A stretch of 63,957 bases of DNA, counting the filler, from Catajapyx aquilonaris (taxonomy: Eukaryota): assembly GCA_000934665.2 (NCBI GenBank). It is 4 parts of 4 records of this genome, joined end to end, with 100 filler letters (N's around TTAATTAATTAA, not from the genome) between each part and the next. Parts side by side here need not be neighbours in the genome. Positions count along the whole stretch, not along the records: positions 1 to 15,929 come from JYFJ02007355.1; positions 16,030 to 31,913 come from JYFJ02007356.1; 2 more parts are not named here. One strand, 5' to 3'. Within the stretch, counting starts at the first letter, position 1. Each line of letters begins with the position of its first letter. Of this stretch, positions 12,338 through 25,700 are shown one piece after another. Made by a program: the position numbers and the translations under genes. The notes beneath the pieces are model-generated. The model had not been told where the DNA came from, did no database searches, and saw only the letters and a program-made list of their open reading frames with translations.

Positions 12338-12861
12338 ATTTTAGGGGCGGGAGCCCCTAAGTAAGACCGTACAACAATTTTCAACAATGAATTTTTTCAA
12401 CATCTTGTTGTTGTTGTTCTTGTTGTTATGCTTTTTTTATTTGCCCTAACTCAAGTTCTGCTGTAGGTAGAGCTTCCAAATTTTGAACACAGATCCCCAC
12501 CGTCGTGAAGTGCATTCCCACCATTTGCGGCTAAACCCAATTCCTCTTCAAAACGCCGCAAAAAAATTAAAAACCAATACAAAACAAGTTTCTATTTTTT
12601 TGCTCAATAACTATTCGGAATTAGGTTTCTTCATCAAAGGGCCGAATGCGAAGTAGGATGGTGCGGATCTATGTTCAAAACCTCACAGTTCCACCTGCTG
12701 CAGGATTTAAGTTATGATCTTCTTCCTAAATTTTTTTTCAGTCAAATACTTCATTTGTTCGTGATTCCATCACCTAGAAATGTCAATTCTTATTTACACC
12801 TCGCCATATTGTTAGCGAAATGTTACCCCGCTGCTCTGGGGTGAACGGATTGTACTTATTA

Positions 12862-13316
12862 CAGTTGAATCCGGATATAACAGCCTCGGCTATAACTACA
12901 GACTTTTCGTTATAAAGGCCTGTCCCGGCATGCTTCCATAAGGTCCTGTGTATTTTACTGCTGATTAACTGACATATTTTCACCTCACCTCGGGTACAAC
13001 ACACCATTTCTTGGCTCTCGGTGGGAAAATTTAGTTTTCCAGGTACAAAATTTGCACAAAGGAGATGGCAGAAGAAAATTTCGATATTTTGGTCCTGCAT
13101 AATTTTCGGGTGAGCTCATATTACATTTTTGACAGATTTCATTAATCGGTATGTAGTCTAGTAACTAGTGCATATTGCAGCCACATTGAAATAAAATTTG
13201 AACCATATTGAAAGCAGAAATTTCTGTTTTCATTGCGTGATGATTTGGCTATGACAGACCTCAGTTATAACATACTTTTTCCGCAGTCTCTTGAATTTTG
13301 TTTTATCCAACAACTG
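12862..13316. mobile_element. Degenerate pogo/Tigger-like MITE
   Basis: TA|CAGTTGAATCCGGATATAAC...CAACTG|TA with subterminal TATAAC repeats. Confidence 0.55.
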
Positions 13317-13826
13317 TAGCCTACTGTTAGCCGCTTCGCTACCTGCTATATCGCCATTGCCATCGCCAGATATTACCGGCCAACTCTTAGACTGATTTAA
13401 TTATGAGATTATGCTACAGTATATGCGGAATATCTACCTTGAGAAACTTGCCAGCCGAATTTGCAGGAATCGTCGCATTACGTGAAAATTAAATAAGTTT
13501 GGGAGTTTTCAGATGTGACGGAGACAAGCGGCAGATAAGTGTTGATTGAATTCTTGCAAAGTACCACAATTTCAGCAAATTCGTCTGGTACAGTTCTCAA
13601 TGTATATATTCTGTATATGTATATTTTAGCGTACAGCCGTACATGCTATTTCATAATTAAATTAGACTAACCGTTGGCTGGTAGCACTCGAATTTCGTTT
13701 TTTTTACGACTATATCTCTGTGAAAATCATTTTAGGGACTTCTAAGCGACGAAAATCGTCTCCAATACATTAATGGTGCAGACTGTAGAGTAGAGCATAA
13801 ACGTGTTAGTATGATATGATACATAT

Positions 13827-14173
13827 TTATTTATTTATTTATTTATTTTAATTTACCCCGTGAATGACCTGTTAGGGCTTTAGGGGGTGGTGGATTACCA
13901 CCATTGGTATTTTTGGAGCGTGTTAAGATGAAATCTTATTAGTGTACTCCAGGGTTGGTAGGAGGGGATGTGCAAAGTGCATGTGCGCTGTCGTTAATTG
14001 GTCATTTTGTGAACTCCCCCGGGTGGCTTAGTCTATCGGAAATTGCCACCCGAAACGAAGTCAGAGATGGCCCAACTCTGCACGAAAGAAGGTGGGAACC
14101 CCGGGTGGGGATTGAACCCGGGACCTTAACTTCCGTGGGCGCGCGCGTTACCGCGGCGCCACTCCATCTCCCT
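13827..14173 (-). mobile_element. tRNA-derived SINE (family C)
   Basis: B box GGTTCAATCCC; (TAAA)n tail; 15-bp TSD TGATATGATACATAT (13812-13826, 14174-14188). Confidence 0.85.
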
Positions 14174-14650
14174 TGATATGATACATATATCACTGTAGCT
14201 GTTATTATTTGTAAAATATCTTGTCATTCTTCTTGTCCTTGTCTTAAGAGTACGTGTAGGCGACAACCTAGGCGATGGCGGTATATCTGGTATTGCAAAG
14301 GGGTTTAAAAAAAGAACTGAAATAAGAGCAAAAACTTTTCCTTCAGAGAAAAAAAGGGTAGTAAGACCTCCGTGGAGGAATGAATGTACTGAAACAAGGC
14401 AGGCGCATGTAAGACCTTCACCAAATGATTTAAGCTGTACCATAGGTCTTACTCAGGCAATTCTCAAGTACTGTATGGAACGGCTCGTAAAAATTACTGC
14501 TGCAAACTACTCAGAGCAGTAGGTAGGATTTTATTTTGAAAGGGAAAAAATTCTGAAAAAAACTAAACCCATCCTAACAGACTTGGTCCAATAGAAAAAG
14601 ACCCTCTAAAATTCACCAATTAACTTTTACATGTGAAAAATTAAACATTA

Positions 14651-14976
14651 GACCGAAGCAGGTTGGCATAGTGGATAAGGCGTCCGACTGCTAATCGGGA
14701 GGTCCTGGGTTCGAATCCCGGGGCCGGCGACTCTGACCGTGGTTTTCTGTGGTTTCCCACGGTCCTTCCAGGAAAATTCCGGAGTTGCTTCCGTAATTAA
14801 TAGGCCACAGCCGCTTCCTTCCGTCCCTATCCTATCCCAAAAAGCGCAGTAAAATGAAAGCAAAGAGTTCCAGGCAAAACAAAAAAATTCCCCCCTAAAG
14901 AGCCGATAGGCTGATAGCGGGGTATGATTTTTTTTTTAAATAATAAAAAATAAATAAAAAATAATAATAATAATAA
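14651..14976 (+). mobile_element. tRNA-derived SINE, Lm1/Talua-like core (family B)
   Basis: A box TGGCATAGTGG, B box GGTTCGAATCCC; core GTGGTTTTCTGTGGTTTCCC..GGCCACAGCCGCTTCCTTCC; TSD AAAAATTAAACATTA on both sides. Confidence 0.88.
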
Positions 14977-15151
14977 AAAAATTAAACATTAGAGTTGAAA
15001 TCAGCATCCAAAAGAGGTGACGATTCTGCATGAATGTTTCATGGCAATAATTCGCACCAATCATATAGAAATTCACTGTGCTTAATATTGAAGTTCCCAA
15101 TTTCATAAAACACTATTATGGAGTGGCTCATGGAAAATTTCGTCGTACTAT

Positions 15152-15360
15152 GGGGAGGTGTAGATGGCCGTGATGGTAACGTCTCGGCTTGCTGCGTGAA
15201 AGGCCCCAGGTTCGATCCCCGCCTGGGGAACTTTCCTTTCACCTGCGTCAGGAGGGTCTCTGACCTGCACCAAGGAGGTGTCTGGCAACCTAACCTCCTG
15301 GGGAACAGCACATGACCCATAGCTACGACATTGCACCGTGCACCCTGTTCCCTCTCCAAA
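15152..15360 (+). mobile_element. Probable tRNA-derived SINE (family E)
   Basis: A box TGGCCGTGATGG and B box GGTTCGATCCCC followed by a non-tRNA body; no TSD confirmed. Confidence 0.6.
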
Positions 15361-15416
15361 AATTCCTATTAGACTAGTACACTTTCCGATTTAGTGACTT
15401 CCTAGAAACATTTCGG

Positions 15417-15845
15417 ATAACATTTTGGCAACATGGCCAATTCTACTAATTCGACCGTGCTGAATCCGAAAATCAATGTTGCCAATCTCTATTTTGACCG
15501 GAAGTGCCAAATCTCGTGCCAAATTAAAGATGGCGGATATACATATGTTACATATGTACAATTTTACTTTTTTGACCAATTTCCGTGCATAACATTTTTG
15601 CAACATGGCCAATTCTACTAATTCGACCATGCTGAATCCGAAAATCAATGTTGCAAATGTTTATTTTGACCGGAAGTGCCAAATCTCGTGCCAAATTAAA
15701 TATGGCGGCTACATATGTACAATTTTACTTTTTTGGCCAATTTCCGTACATAACATTTTGGCAACATGGCCAATTCTACTAATTCGACCATGCTGAATCC
15801 GAAAATCAATGTTGCCAATCTCTGTTTTGACAGGAAGTGCCAAAT
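15417..15845. repeat. Tandem repeat, 161-172-bp unit, ~2.6 copies
   Basis: CAACATGGCCAATTCTACTAATTCGACC starts at 15429, 15601 and 15762. Confidence 0.9.
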
Positions 15846-15929
15846 TCACGACGGCAGATGCTGATGTACGCAAAAGATTTCTGCTATATATTCCCCTAGA
15901 TACATAACTGCTAAGAAAAAGTAAGCCTG

Positions 15930-16029
15930 NNNNNNNNNNNNNNNNNNNNNNNNNNNNNNNNNNNNNNNNNNNNTTAATTAATTAANNNNNNNNNNNNNNN
16001 NNNNNNNNNNNNNNNNNNNNNNNNNNNNN
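15930..16029. other. Artificial contig-joining spacer
   Basis: N44-TTAATTAATTAA-N44 (stops in all six frames). Confidence 0.95.
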
Positions 16030-16834
16030 GATATGCAGGAGAAAACGGGGAAAATAATTATGTTAGAAGCAATAAGTCATTTTGGGGTCACTCACTCGAT
16101 TTGTAAACAGTGGCAACAATGGAAGCAGTCTCCATGGGCTGATGTTTGAATTGGCCCGCCATACAGGGTTGCCAGGTAACGCACTACAACATAAGCAGCT
16201 TAGGCCGAATTTGTCAATAGCTGCGTGATAGCTGTTCGGACAAAAAAGTTGGACCACCCTGTATATATAAATAAACAAATAAATAAATAAATACATACAT
16301 AAATAAATAAAAAATCTCAACTTGCAAAACTGATTCTCACTATTCAGAGAACATATATAAAACCTTTTTGATCTATTATTATTTGAACAACCTCCACCAA
16401 TTATTATTGTGGTACACTGCAACATCAATCCTGGAAGTGACTCTTCACCAAAATTATAAATAAGCAAATAAATTACTAATATTCTATCAGCATACATCTC
16501 ATAATGATGTTGTTTGAAATTCATGCAAATTATTGAAATGTGTACAAAGAATGAAATATCATTCCCCTCATCCCCAACATAATATGCCATAATTTGTTGT
16601 TGGAATTGTATTGGGATATTGATTTTTGAGTGAGAGGACAAAATGTAATGATATGAAGGAGTACTGATCAGAGTGACAAAGAGATCATACAGCCCTGTGC
16701 CTAAGTGGTTATCCGTTCCCCAAAGAGATAGCAGAGTGGGGTGTAACAGCCTCTCTCCACCTCATTGCAGCTGTTATACAGGGTTATAAAAAAAGAATGG
16801 GTGGAACTTTCTTCCCACTGCTAGGTACTGCCTA

Positions 16835-17163
16835 TATTTCCCCATCGACATCATCATATATAAGTGTTCTAAGTATTACAAACAATAAATAACTAATAAT
16901 ACTAATCAATATTCGAAAATTAATTACTGTCATATTCGGAACATGACGGTGCAGCAATTATTTCCTGCGTTAAAATTCAAACACTTGTATCTTAAAAATC
17001 TGAAACAATATTTGAGCACGTTTGAACTTGTATTGTTAGCTGAGACTCTCCTGAAGCACAGGTGACTACTGCCAGCTCTTTAGCAGCAGAAGAACCTGAG
17101 CAAAAAATTAAAATGTAACAACTGCACAGGTGTCCCCTGTTGGGGAAGCTCGGCATATCTGGG
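16835..17163 (-). mobile_element. Partial piggyBac-type MITE (inverted copy of the left end of 17667-18534)
   Basis: Ends ATATCTGGG|TTAA; reverse complement aligns to ~17667-17998. Confidence 0.75.
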
Positions 17164-17170
17164 TTAAATA

Positions 17171-17397
17171 CAGGGTGTTCCAAGTTTGTGGGTCATTTTA
17201 TTTATCACTAATATTGCCCAAAGTAGTTATTTTTTGTGTAGCTTGTGCCCTGATGCAGGTGACTCAGTACTCCAGTCAAATGTAGCAGTAGCTATAGAAT
17301 AGGGCACCTGGATCAGGGTGCAACTAGCTACAAAAAAATAACAGCTTTGAGCAAAATTTCTTATAGCGAAAAGGCCCCATGAACTTGGAACACCCTG
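17171..17397. mobile_element. Tc1-type MITE
   Basis: TA|CAGGGTGTTCCAAGTT...AACTTGGAACACCCTG with imperfect ~90-bp arms; related fragment at ~26959-27041. Confidence 0.75.
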
Positions 17398-17666
17398 GGC
17401 TTGAAAGTTGAGATATGTAACAGAATTGGGCTCACATTCGTATTGGTGAAAATGTATTCAGTCACAAGTCATAATGTCGCCACTTACTGCAAGAAAGGGG
17501 CATTGTGCACTTTTGGTTCTCCTACCCAGGTCATGCTTTGGCATATACTTGCCCGTGGAGTACCACCTTGACACAGTTAGGTCCTCAAAATTTCCACAGA
17601 CACAAATGTAAGTTCAATTCTGATACATGTAACACGTTGGGACACACTGTTTAAAACTGCACTTAA

Positions 17667-18534
17667 CCCAGATCTCCCTAGTGTCCCCTATAGGGGACAC
17701 CTGCACAGTTGTTACATTTTAATTTTTTGCGCTAGTTTTTCTGCTGCTAAAGACCTGGCAGTAGTCATGGGTGCTTCCGTCGAGTCTCAGCTATCGATAC
17801 AAGTTCAAACCCGCTCAATATTGCTTCAGATTTTTGAGATACAGGTGTTCAAATTTTAACGCAGGAAATAATGGCTGCATCTTCATGTTCCGATAATGAT
17901 TAGTAATTAATTCTCAAATGTGGATCAGTGTTACGAGTTATTTATTGTTTGTAATACTTGGGAGAACTTATGAATGATGATGTTGATGAGGAAATATATG
18001 TATATTTTTTACTTTCCTTGTCTGAGAGTAGTGTTGAAATCTGGTGTCCCCTCTGGGGAACACAAGAGGCAAATGCACCCACATTTGGACAAGTAAAATA
18101 TGTGTGTTGATTTTGTACGCTTCATTAAACTGTATTTTAATGAATCCATACAATTAAAACGAGATTACAGGGCAATTGGTTAGCATGGCAACCGTGACAA
18201 CAATGCTTGATTGTTGTTGATTGTTACTCAATTACAACCCCATCTTTGCACGGCCTGTTTCTGGGGTAATGCAATCAACAACAATCAATCATTGGTGATA
18301 TTATGAAACTATGGATAATGCTGAATGTCACTGTTGCGATAGTAATGCAATCAACAACTATTACAGCCATACTAGGTTACATTTTCCTAACACCCCATAA
18401 TGATAAGGAACGGTCATTTTCTCGCAAACAAGCATGCAGAAAAACGTTTTCTCGATTTTTGTGTTTTGGGACCTAATAGAAACAAAAAAAAAAAGTTCAA
18501 ATATTCAACAAAAATGTTTCCCGGAATATCTGGG
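17667..18534 (+). mobile_element. piggyBac-type non-autonomous element
   Basis: TTAA|CCCAGAT...ATCTGGG|TTAA (TTAA at 17663-66 and 18535-38). Confidence 0.8.
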
Positions 18535-18846
18535 TTAAATCAGTCCAACCTCTCCAGTCCCCAAGTTCCCTATACATGTAAGCCAGTTGGCAAAGAATGG
18601 CTCCTACCTGCAATCCACACAGATATATGATATACACCCTGTACAGGTATAATGGTCTAAAAAACTGCCCTGCATCCCCACTTGCAACACCAAGCTTGCA
18701 TGAATAAACTCACACATTCTTCCACCTGCGTCCACATGTTCTGCCTGCCTACTCTCCGACGACGATAAGAGTGAACCTTAACTGAACAAAAGAAATGGCC
18801 GGTTTCGGAAATACGCTGAAGAGTAAAAAATTTTAATTGATATGTA

Positions 18847-19057
18847 CACCCGCGAGCATAAAGATGGAGACGGCAGGCCCTCACCTTTGGCAGGCTGCTC
18901 TGCCAATCTCAGCTATTACGATATCAAATATACTTACATAAGTACACGAACACACGCATGAAGCAGCAAACTTGGTCCAAAAAGAGTTCATTAATTTGAG
19001 TCGTATAAAGAAAGGTCAAAAAAGGGCCTGCCGTCTCCATCTTTATGCTCGCGGGAG
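18847..19057. mobile_element. Tc1/mariner-type MITE
   Basis: 35-bp TIR CACCCGCGAGCATAAAGATGGAGACGGCAGGCCCT (1 mismatch), TA on both sides. Confidence 0.8.
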
Positions 19058-19693
19058 TACCTGCTTTCTTTGCCAGATCGGGGTGTATGCTATCGAAACT
19101 GATAATAATAATGATTTTAAATGAATGCAAGGAGAGGAATAAAACCTGCGAAGAATTTCCGTGTCTGGCCACCATTCCGTTATGTCCCTCCGCCTGAAAA
19201 ATTAGTCCCCTTTATCTTGCTCATTACCGAAGCTGCAGTGGTAATACATGTAATTAGGATGTTAATTTAGCATCACCGAACAATTAGCAACAAAAGCAAC
19301 AGGACACTGAGAACCTCCACCATGTCGAGGTTCCTCCCTCCCCGTTTTTTCCCAGCGCGGGCGGCCATGATGGAACACGGAAAATCTGGTCATTCTGCTG
19401 CCGGACCTTACGGCGCGAGTTCCTCATCCACTGATCTCCCGTGCCTGCCGAGTCATTTCCCCGTCCACACAGCTTCCAATCGTGTTCCAATCTCTAGCGC
19501 GAATCCTAACTGCCTTATTTCCCACCGTGCCTCGCACTGACTGACTGTTCTTATGGAGAACAACTGCATACTACTTTCGGGCCAGATCACAGCCCGGCCT
19601 TCAGCAGAAGGATTGCCCAAAAAGTTCACACTTATAGTTGTCGGACAATAGGTACAAGGCCACTTTCTCCAGTAGTGTACAAGTTGACAGTTG

Positions 19694-19725
19694 TCATATT
19701 ATATCAGTCTTTGAATGATCACCCA
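19694..19725 (-). CDS. HELLS: Tentative HELLS last coding exon
   Basis: CTAAT..CCCAG acceptor, in-phase [10 protein letters not shown]; no homology support. Confidence 0.35.
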
Positions 19726-22700
19726 CTGGGAATTAGTCACTTACATAGAATTCAGGATTATGTCCATGTCCATTTCCTCGAGTTAGACTAAACCCAGTCC
19801 AACAATAAAAAACTCACCATCAAATCCTTCCCGAGTCACTTGAATTTGCTCGTAATCTTGTGCACTAAGAAGCTGCATGAGTTCTTCTGGGTCTGTTTCT
19901 CTATAACTAGAAACTTGTCCATCAACTACGGAGAACTTGCCTGTCAAAAGAAAATAACTAACTATAGTAACCAGTCACCATGGAAAGAAGCACCTGCAGA
20001 CCTTGCTGTATGATAAGTTTCTCCAACTTTCGCTTGGCATTTGCTCTTTCCATGATAACTTCATCTATGGTGTTCTTGGTCACTAATCGGTACACAATCA
20101 CAGGTTTGCTCTGCCCAATCCTGTGGCAACGATCTTGCGCCTGAAGATCTATCTGGGGATTCTGAAAAGCAGGCATGCAAATAGTTTTGCAGGCATACAA
20201 AGGTGAAGAAAATGACTTACCCAATCTGAGTCATAAATTATGACGGTATCAGCTGCAACCAAGTTTATTCCCAAACCACCAGCCCTTGTGCTGAGCATAA
20301 AGAGGAAGATGTCATCTTTGTTGAAACTCTCAATGGCTTTCCTCCTATCTTCCACCTTTGTTTTCCCATCTAGTCTCTCATATGTGAACTTGCGCATCTG
20401 GATATAGTCCTCCAAGATGTCCATCATCATTGTCATTTGTGAGAAAAGCAACACCTGCCACAAACAAAATTCATGAACATATACTGTAGTTTGATTGCTT
20501 CTTTGATGCCCTAACCTTATGCCCACGTTTCTTGAGCTCGGGCAGAAGGGCATCTAATACCATAATCTTTCCACTCTTCCTAACAATGTCCTCCTCTACC
20601 ACAGCACAACCATATTTATCAATAGGCTGCTCAACAAGGTATGGATGGCTCACTACCTTTCGTAGCTGCATCACAGGGTTTTGCATGACAAGGTTCACTA
20701 CCTTTTGGGACTCTCTTCTTTCTCTCTTTTCCACTAGTTGGGCACTTTACAATGCAAAAAAGTCAAGTAGAATAAGAACTTTCTCTCCCAGCACATGGAA
20801 CATTACCTGTCAGATTTCCGCCTCTTGGAACGAGTTCGTTCCAATAGAACCTCGGGCTCCTTCTGAAAACCAAACAGAAATGTAGCAATAATTGCGGTGT
20901 GCAAGATGAAATGTACAGTCCCATTCATAAAGAATAGAACGACTCTATGGACGACCTTTTCTGGACCTCTGGTGACTCGTATGACCCATCCCGATTTTTA
21001 AATAAAAATTTTAATGACCAAGATGTTCAACCCGGTGCAATGCTTACGTAGATTTGATGTGGATTTCATCCCTAAAATTTTCCAACTTTGATTTGTTTTT
21101 CTCTTCTCCTTTTTATTTTATTTTGATTCCCTTTTCCCGAACTTCCTCGTGACCCCTAAAAACATGCTGGCGACCCAGGGGTTGGGAACAGAATAAACCT
21201 TTCGTCCATATAGAGTCGTTCCATTCTTTATGAACAGAACTGTACCTCACCTTGTCTTTCCCAAACATCTCAGCTATTGACTTGTCCAGGGTGGCCCGAT
21301 AGAACATCATCTGATGGGCAGAGAGTGGGCAATACACAACCACTTCCTTCTTGCCTGGGAGATTCAGGTTCACATCCTTTTTCTCACGGCGTAGAATAAA
21401 TGGTTTGATGATCTATAGGAACACAGTATGAGCATTATTTGTACCAGTGCACTGAGGGGACAGCATTTACTTACAGTGTGAAAGGTTGACACTAGCATCG
21501 ATACTTTCTCTTTTTTGACAAGGAGGTCACTGACAGTTGTCAAATCAATGGGGGTTATACAGTTTTCAGACTTTTTGGCGTCTCCGAATATGTTCGGGAC
21601 CAGGTATTGTAGAAGGGACCACAGCTCATCAATATTGTTCTGCAGTGGTGTTCCAGTCAGAATCACTCGTGCATCACAGGTGAGATCGGAAAGTTTCCTG
21701 CAGAAGTGATTTATTTCGTTACTCGTGTGCCAGTACGTGATCACTCATGAACTCCTTTGCCACTGCAACTTGTAATAACCGAAAGACCTACACAAACAAG
21801 CAAAGGGCCAAAGGCGACAATTGAATCAGGGGTCACGGAATCCTCTGGAAAAGGCCTCCCAAGGCCATGCAAGCCCTCCAGGAATATTATACTCGTAACA
21901 CAACACACTGATTTAGTTTAAGAGTGGGGGAAGGACAAGAAAAGGATGACCTTGCACTTGCAAAGCTACATTATATGTTGCATGCACACACCTCCCCCAC
22001 CCAAAAAAAAACCTCCCCCACCCCCCACCTAGGCCAGCTTTAGGCTGTTTTCACTGTAAACTTTGTATCACGAATTCATGTCACGCGCAATCTTCATTAG
22101 GAAAAAAGTATATCTTTTGACAACAACCTTCCACGCCAGGTGCAAGCACAGTGATCCTCGCCTTGGGCATTTATGACCACGAGGAGGGCTTTTGGAGGAG
22201 TGATTTTGGGTGGAGGTTGGGGTGGTTGGGGGTGGGTGCACCACATGGATTTCGTCTGCGGATGGGACAAAAATATGTCCCTACTGCCTTTCCGTATGGC
22301 CTTCTCACGCCCTTCACCTGCACACAAGCCCCCTAGACCCTCGCTCTGCCTGAGTGGAGGAAACAGCACGAGAAACGAAAGCTGTATTAACTGTGCGAGA
22401 TTCATGCACTTCGTGCCACGAAGTCGGCATTGAAAACAGCTTATTATGCAGAACTGTTTCCTGGGTCATGGCTTTTTTCACGAACACCTCCCCACCCCCC
22501 ACCCATTCACCTTGCCCAATCACCCCAAAAAGAGCACATGGCATGGGCCCTAGTCGGGAGGAGGGCATCAAGGGGCACTCACCCACCAGTAACACTCACT
22601 GGCAGCACCCCTTGCAGGTCACGGACACCACACAGATACATTGCAACAATGTATTTGCAGTCCTTAGTACCACAAGTCTTAGGCCAAGACATAAAACATA

Positions 22701-25700
22701 TTTAAAATTATAGAGGCACTTGAAGTACTGTGTTATTCACATTTACATAGTGACTAAACCCCGCCTGTGGCATTAGCTAAATACACCATGGATGCTAGGT
22801 ATACACATCTTCACTTTCCCACTGATAAGAAAGTTTAGCCCACTGTGCATTGGAAGAACACAATCCACTTTTTAGGCAGTTCTAAACTGCAGATAACTTT
22901 AATTGCCAGTTGAAAAGGTTGGTGGCATTATAACTTGGTGGTGTTAGCTAACATCTGGATTAAGTGACAGATTGGAAGATTGGTGGAACCGGCATCAATG
23001 CAGTGGGATAAGAAAAGGCTCTAAGGTTTTGCATCGATCAGTCAGGACTCACCGAAACAATAGACAAGAAGAATTTTTTAATCGATGACCCTCATCAACG
23101 ACTATGTACTTCCACTTCCACGCCTTCAGCATCTTGCAGTCCCTTAAGACAGTTTGGTAAGTGAGGAGCACCACAGGACGTGTCGTCATTCCTCCAGATA
23201 CCTCATGTACAGTTATCTGCTGAAAAACATAGCTTCTGTGTTCTTTTGTACCGTGGCATACGAGTACTGGAACCTGGGCACAAAGTGAAAAGATTAGTGC
23301 AGCAGTAAACCAAATACTGTTTAAGCAACTAGTGCATCCCCTGATTTTTGTAAGTAACAAATGACATCACGATTGTAGCTGCTGTGATTGTAACTTCCTT
23401 AAATAGTAATGACAACAATGGTGATGTAATTTGCCATTTACAAAAATCAGGGTATCAGATACATTTAGAGCCAGCATGTGTAATTGGTGTACATAAGTGG
23501 TTCTCAAACTGTGGGGCGCGCCCCCCTGGGGGGACGCAGGCGAACCCAAAAATTATGTGACTCGAAACAGGCACAAAAGTCGCACTGATTAGGTAATAAT
23601 TACTTCTCAGGGCTTACTGTAACGTGCAGTTCTACACGATTTGTGCAGTTTTAAAAGCCAAATGTGGAGTTCTGAATAAGGATTTGTCCAGTCAGATAAT
23701 AGCAGACAAGTCTGTTATATTCGGATTCAACTGCACTTGTACTCGATCGCTCAAAAACAAAGACGATTTTGCATTTGATTCAAGTGCAAGTCAAATGCAA
23801 AATCGTCTCGTATGTTTTTGAGCGATATAGTACATTGGCATTGCTGGAAATATGAAGAGACTGATCTTTCGACTAGCTTATATCCAATGTGCTTACAGTA
23901 TAGGAGAATTCCACTGTACTTTGTCAGTCACTACATTCACCTAATACTTAATACTAATGCATAATTACTTTCCAGGGGGCCCCGATGTGCAAAGTCTGAG
24001 AACTACTGGTGTACATGAATCTGCTCTTAACAGCATACTGTACCTTGGGCGCAAACTTCTGGAATTCTTGATGCCAGTTGTACAACGTTGAAAGGGGGCA
24101 CACAACTAAAAATGGTCCAGTGTTTTCCAATTCAATTAGGTGGGAAATCATTGCTATGCACTGGATTGTTTTTCCCAATCCCATTTCATCTGCCAGGATT
24201 CCATTGAGGGTGCTCTCATACAGACGCTGAGAAGGCAACAGTCATTAAGGCTCATTTTGTGTGTGGTCTGCCTAATCCAAAAGTGTAGTGGAAGTTTGGC
24301 CATGGGTAACTGTTTGTTGGTTGGTCATGCCAAAGCAACTAAGGCTATCTGGCAATCGTATAGTGGATTTTTGGTAGTGGGAGGAAACAGGAGAACCCCG
24401 AGAAAACCCATGCAAACATGGCGAGAACCCGCCGAAAAGCTTTCCACATAAGTGCCCTCCGCCCAACCCGGGGATCGAACTCGGGACCATAGAGGTGGAA
24501 GGCTGCGGCGTTAACCACTACATCACCATGTCGCCCTACCATGGTTAACTGATTGCACCCCCCTTCGTAATTGGTAAAAACCACAACTTACCATGGCAAC
24601 ACCCAAACATCTACACCAGGGCAATTCAACTGGTAGACCGCGACGTAATTTTGTCCGGACCGCGACGACGATATACAGGACAGTTTGAAATAGCATTAGA
24701 AATTACTAATTCACGATTTTTTGGGGAAAAGTGCTACCAATTTCATCAAATACACACCCATTCAAATCTCCCACTTTCACCTCAGTAACCTCATGTGACC
24801 TTCAACCCTCTCCCCAAAAAATTTCGCCTGCGGTGGGCTTGCTCCCCGCCCGTTACGGCTTGTTCACCTTGTGCTTATGAAATGGGCCCCCCTCCGACAT
24901 TTTTCTGCCTACACGCCTGTACAGGACATCATAAAGGGCAAAAATGTCTTAATATGTCCTGTCTTGATAGGCCCGTCTACCCTTGCTGCACATGTTTCTG
25001 TTTTCAAAAATGAACCCTGTGGTACAGTGTTGGTCATATATCGAGGCAACCGCCAGCGACATTTTCCGACGCTGCAGAAGAAGGAATCTTGCTCGCCCGG
25101 CTTGTAAGTATGCTTATCTTCGATTCCTTCTTCTGCCGCTTCGGAAAATGTCTCTGGCGGTTGCTCGATATATGACCAACACTGTACCATATAAAAATAT
25201 AAAATCCATACCTTTACCCGGGGGTGGGGGGTCCGGACCTTCAATGGCCCAGGAAAGGTAAATACTGGACCTTGTCATAAACTAGTTGAATACCCTTGAT
25301 CTACACTCTGTAGCAGTGCTTCCCAAACTGTGGGTCGCAACCCCAATTGGGGTTGGGAACATAACATTTGCGGTCGTGAGGGAGGGTGACAAATAATTTT
25401 TACAAAAGTATTATGCATATCTGGAAAAATATGCCCTGTAACTGACAACCAAAGTTTATTTATTTATTTATTTATTTATTTATCATACCCCGTGCTAGAA
25501 CCTTAGGGGGGTGGATTACCACCATTGGATGGGACCAGGGATATGGAAGGAAGGAAGCGGCTGTGGTCTATTTTTACGGAAACGACCCCGGAATTGTCCT
25601 GGGGGGACCATGGAAAACCACAGAAAACCATGGTCAGGGTCGCCGGCCCCCAGGATATGAACCCAGGACCTCCCGATTAGCAGGCGGGCTCCTTATCCCC

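Noticed and set aside
14651..14730. tRNA genes (also at 678, 15152, 33584, 54070, 59690)
   Set aside because: A/B boxes run into shared non-tRNA bodies with tails and, in most cases, TSDs; these are SINE heads
16063..16641. 192-aa ORF
   Set aside because: Low-complexity AT-rich reading through an (AAAT)n tract and a MITE end; no protein motif
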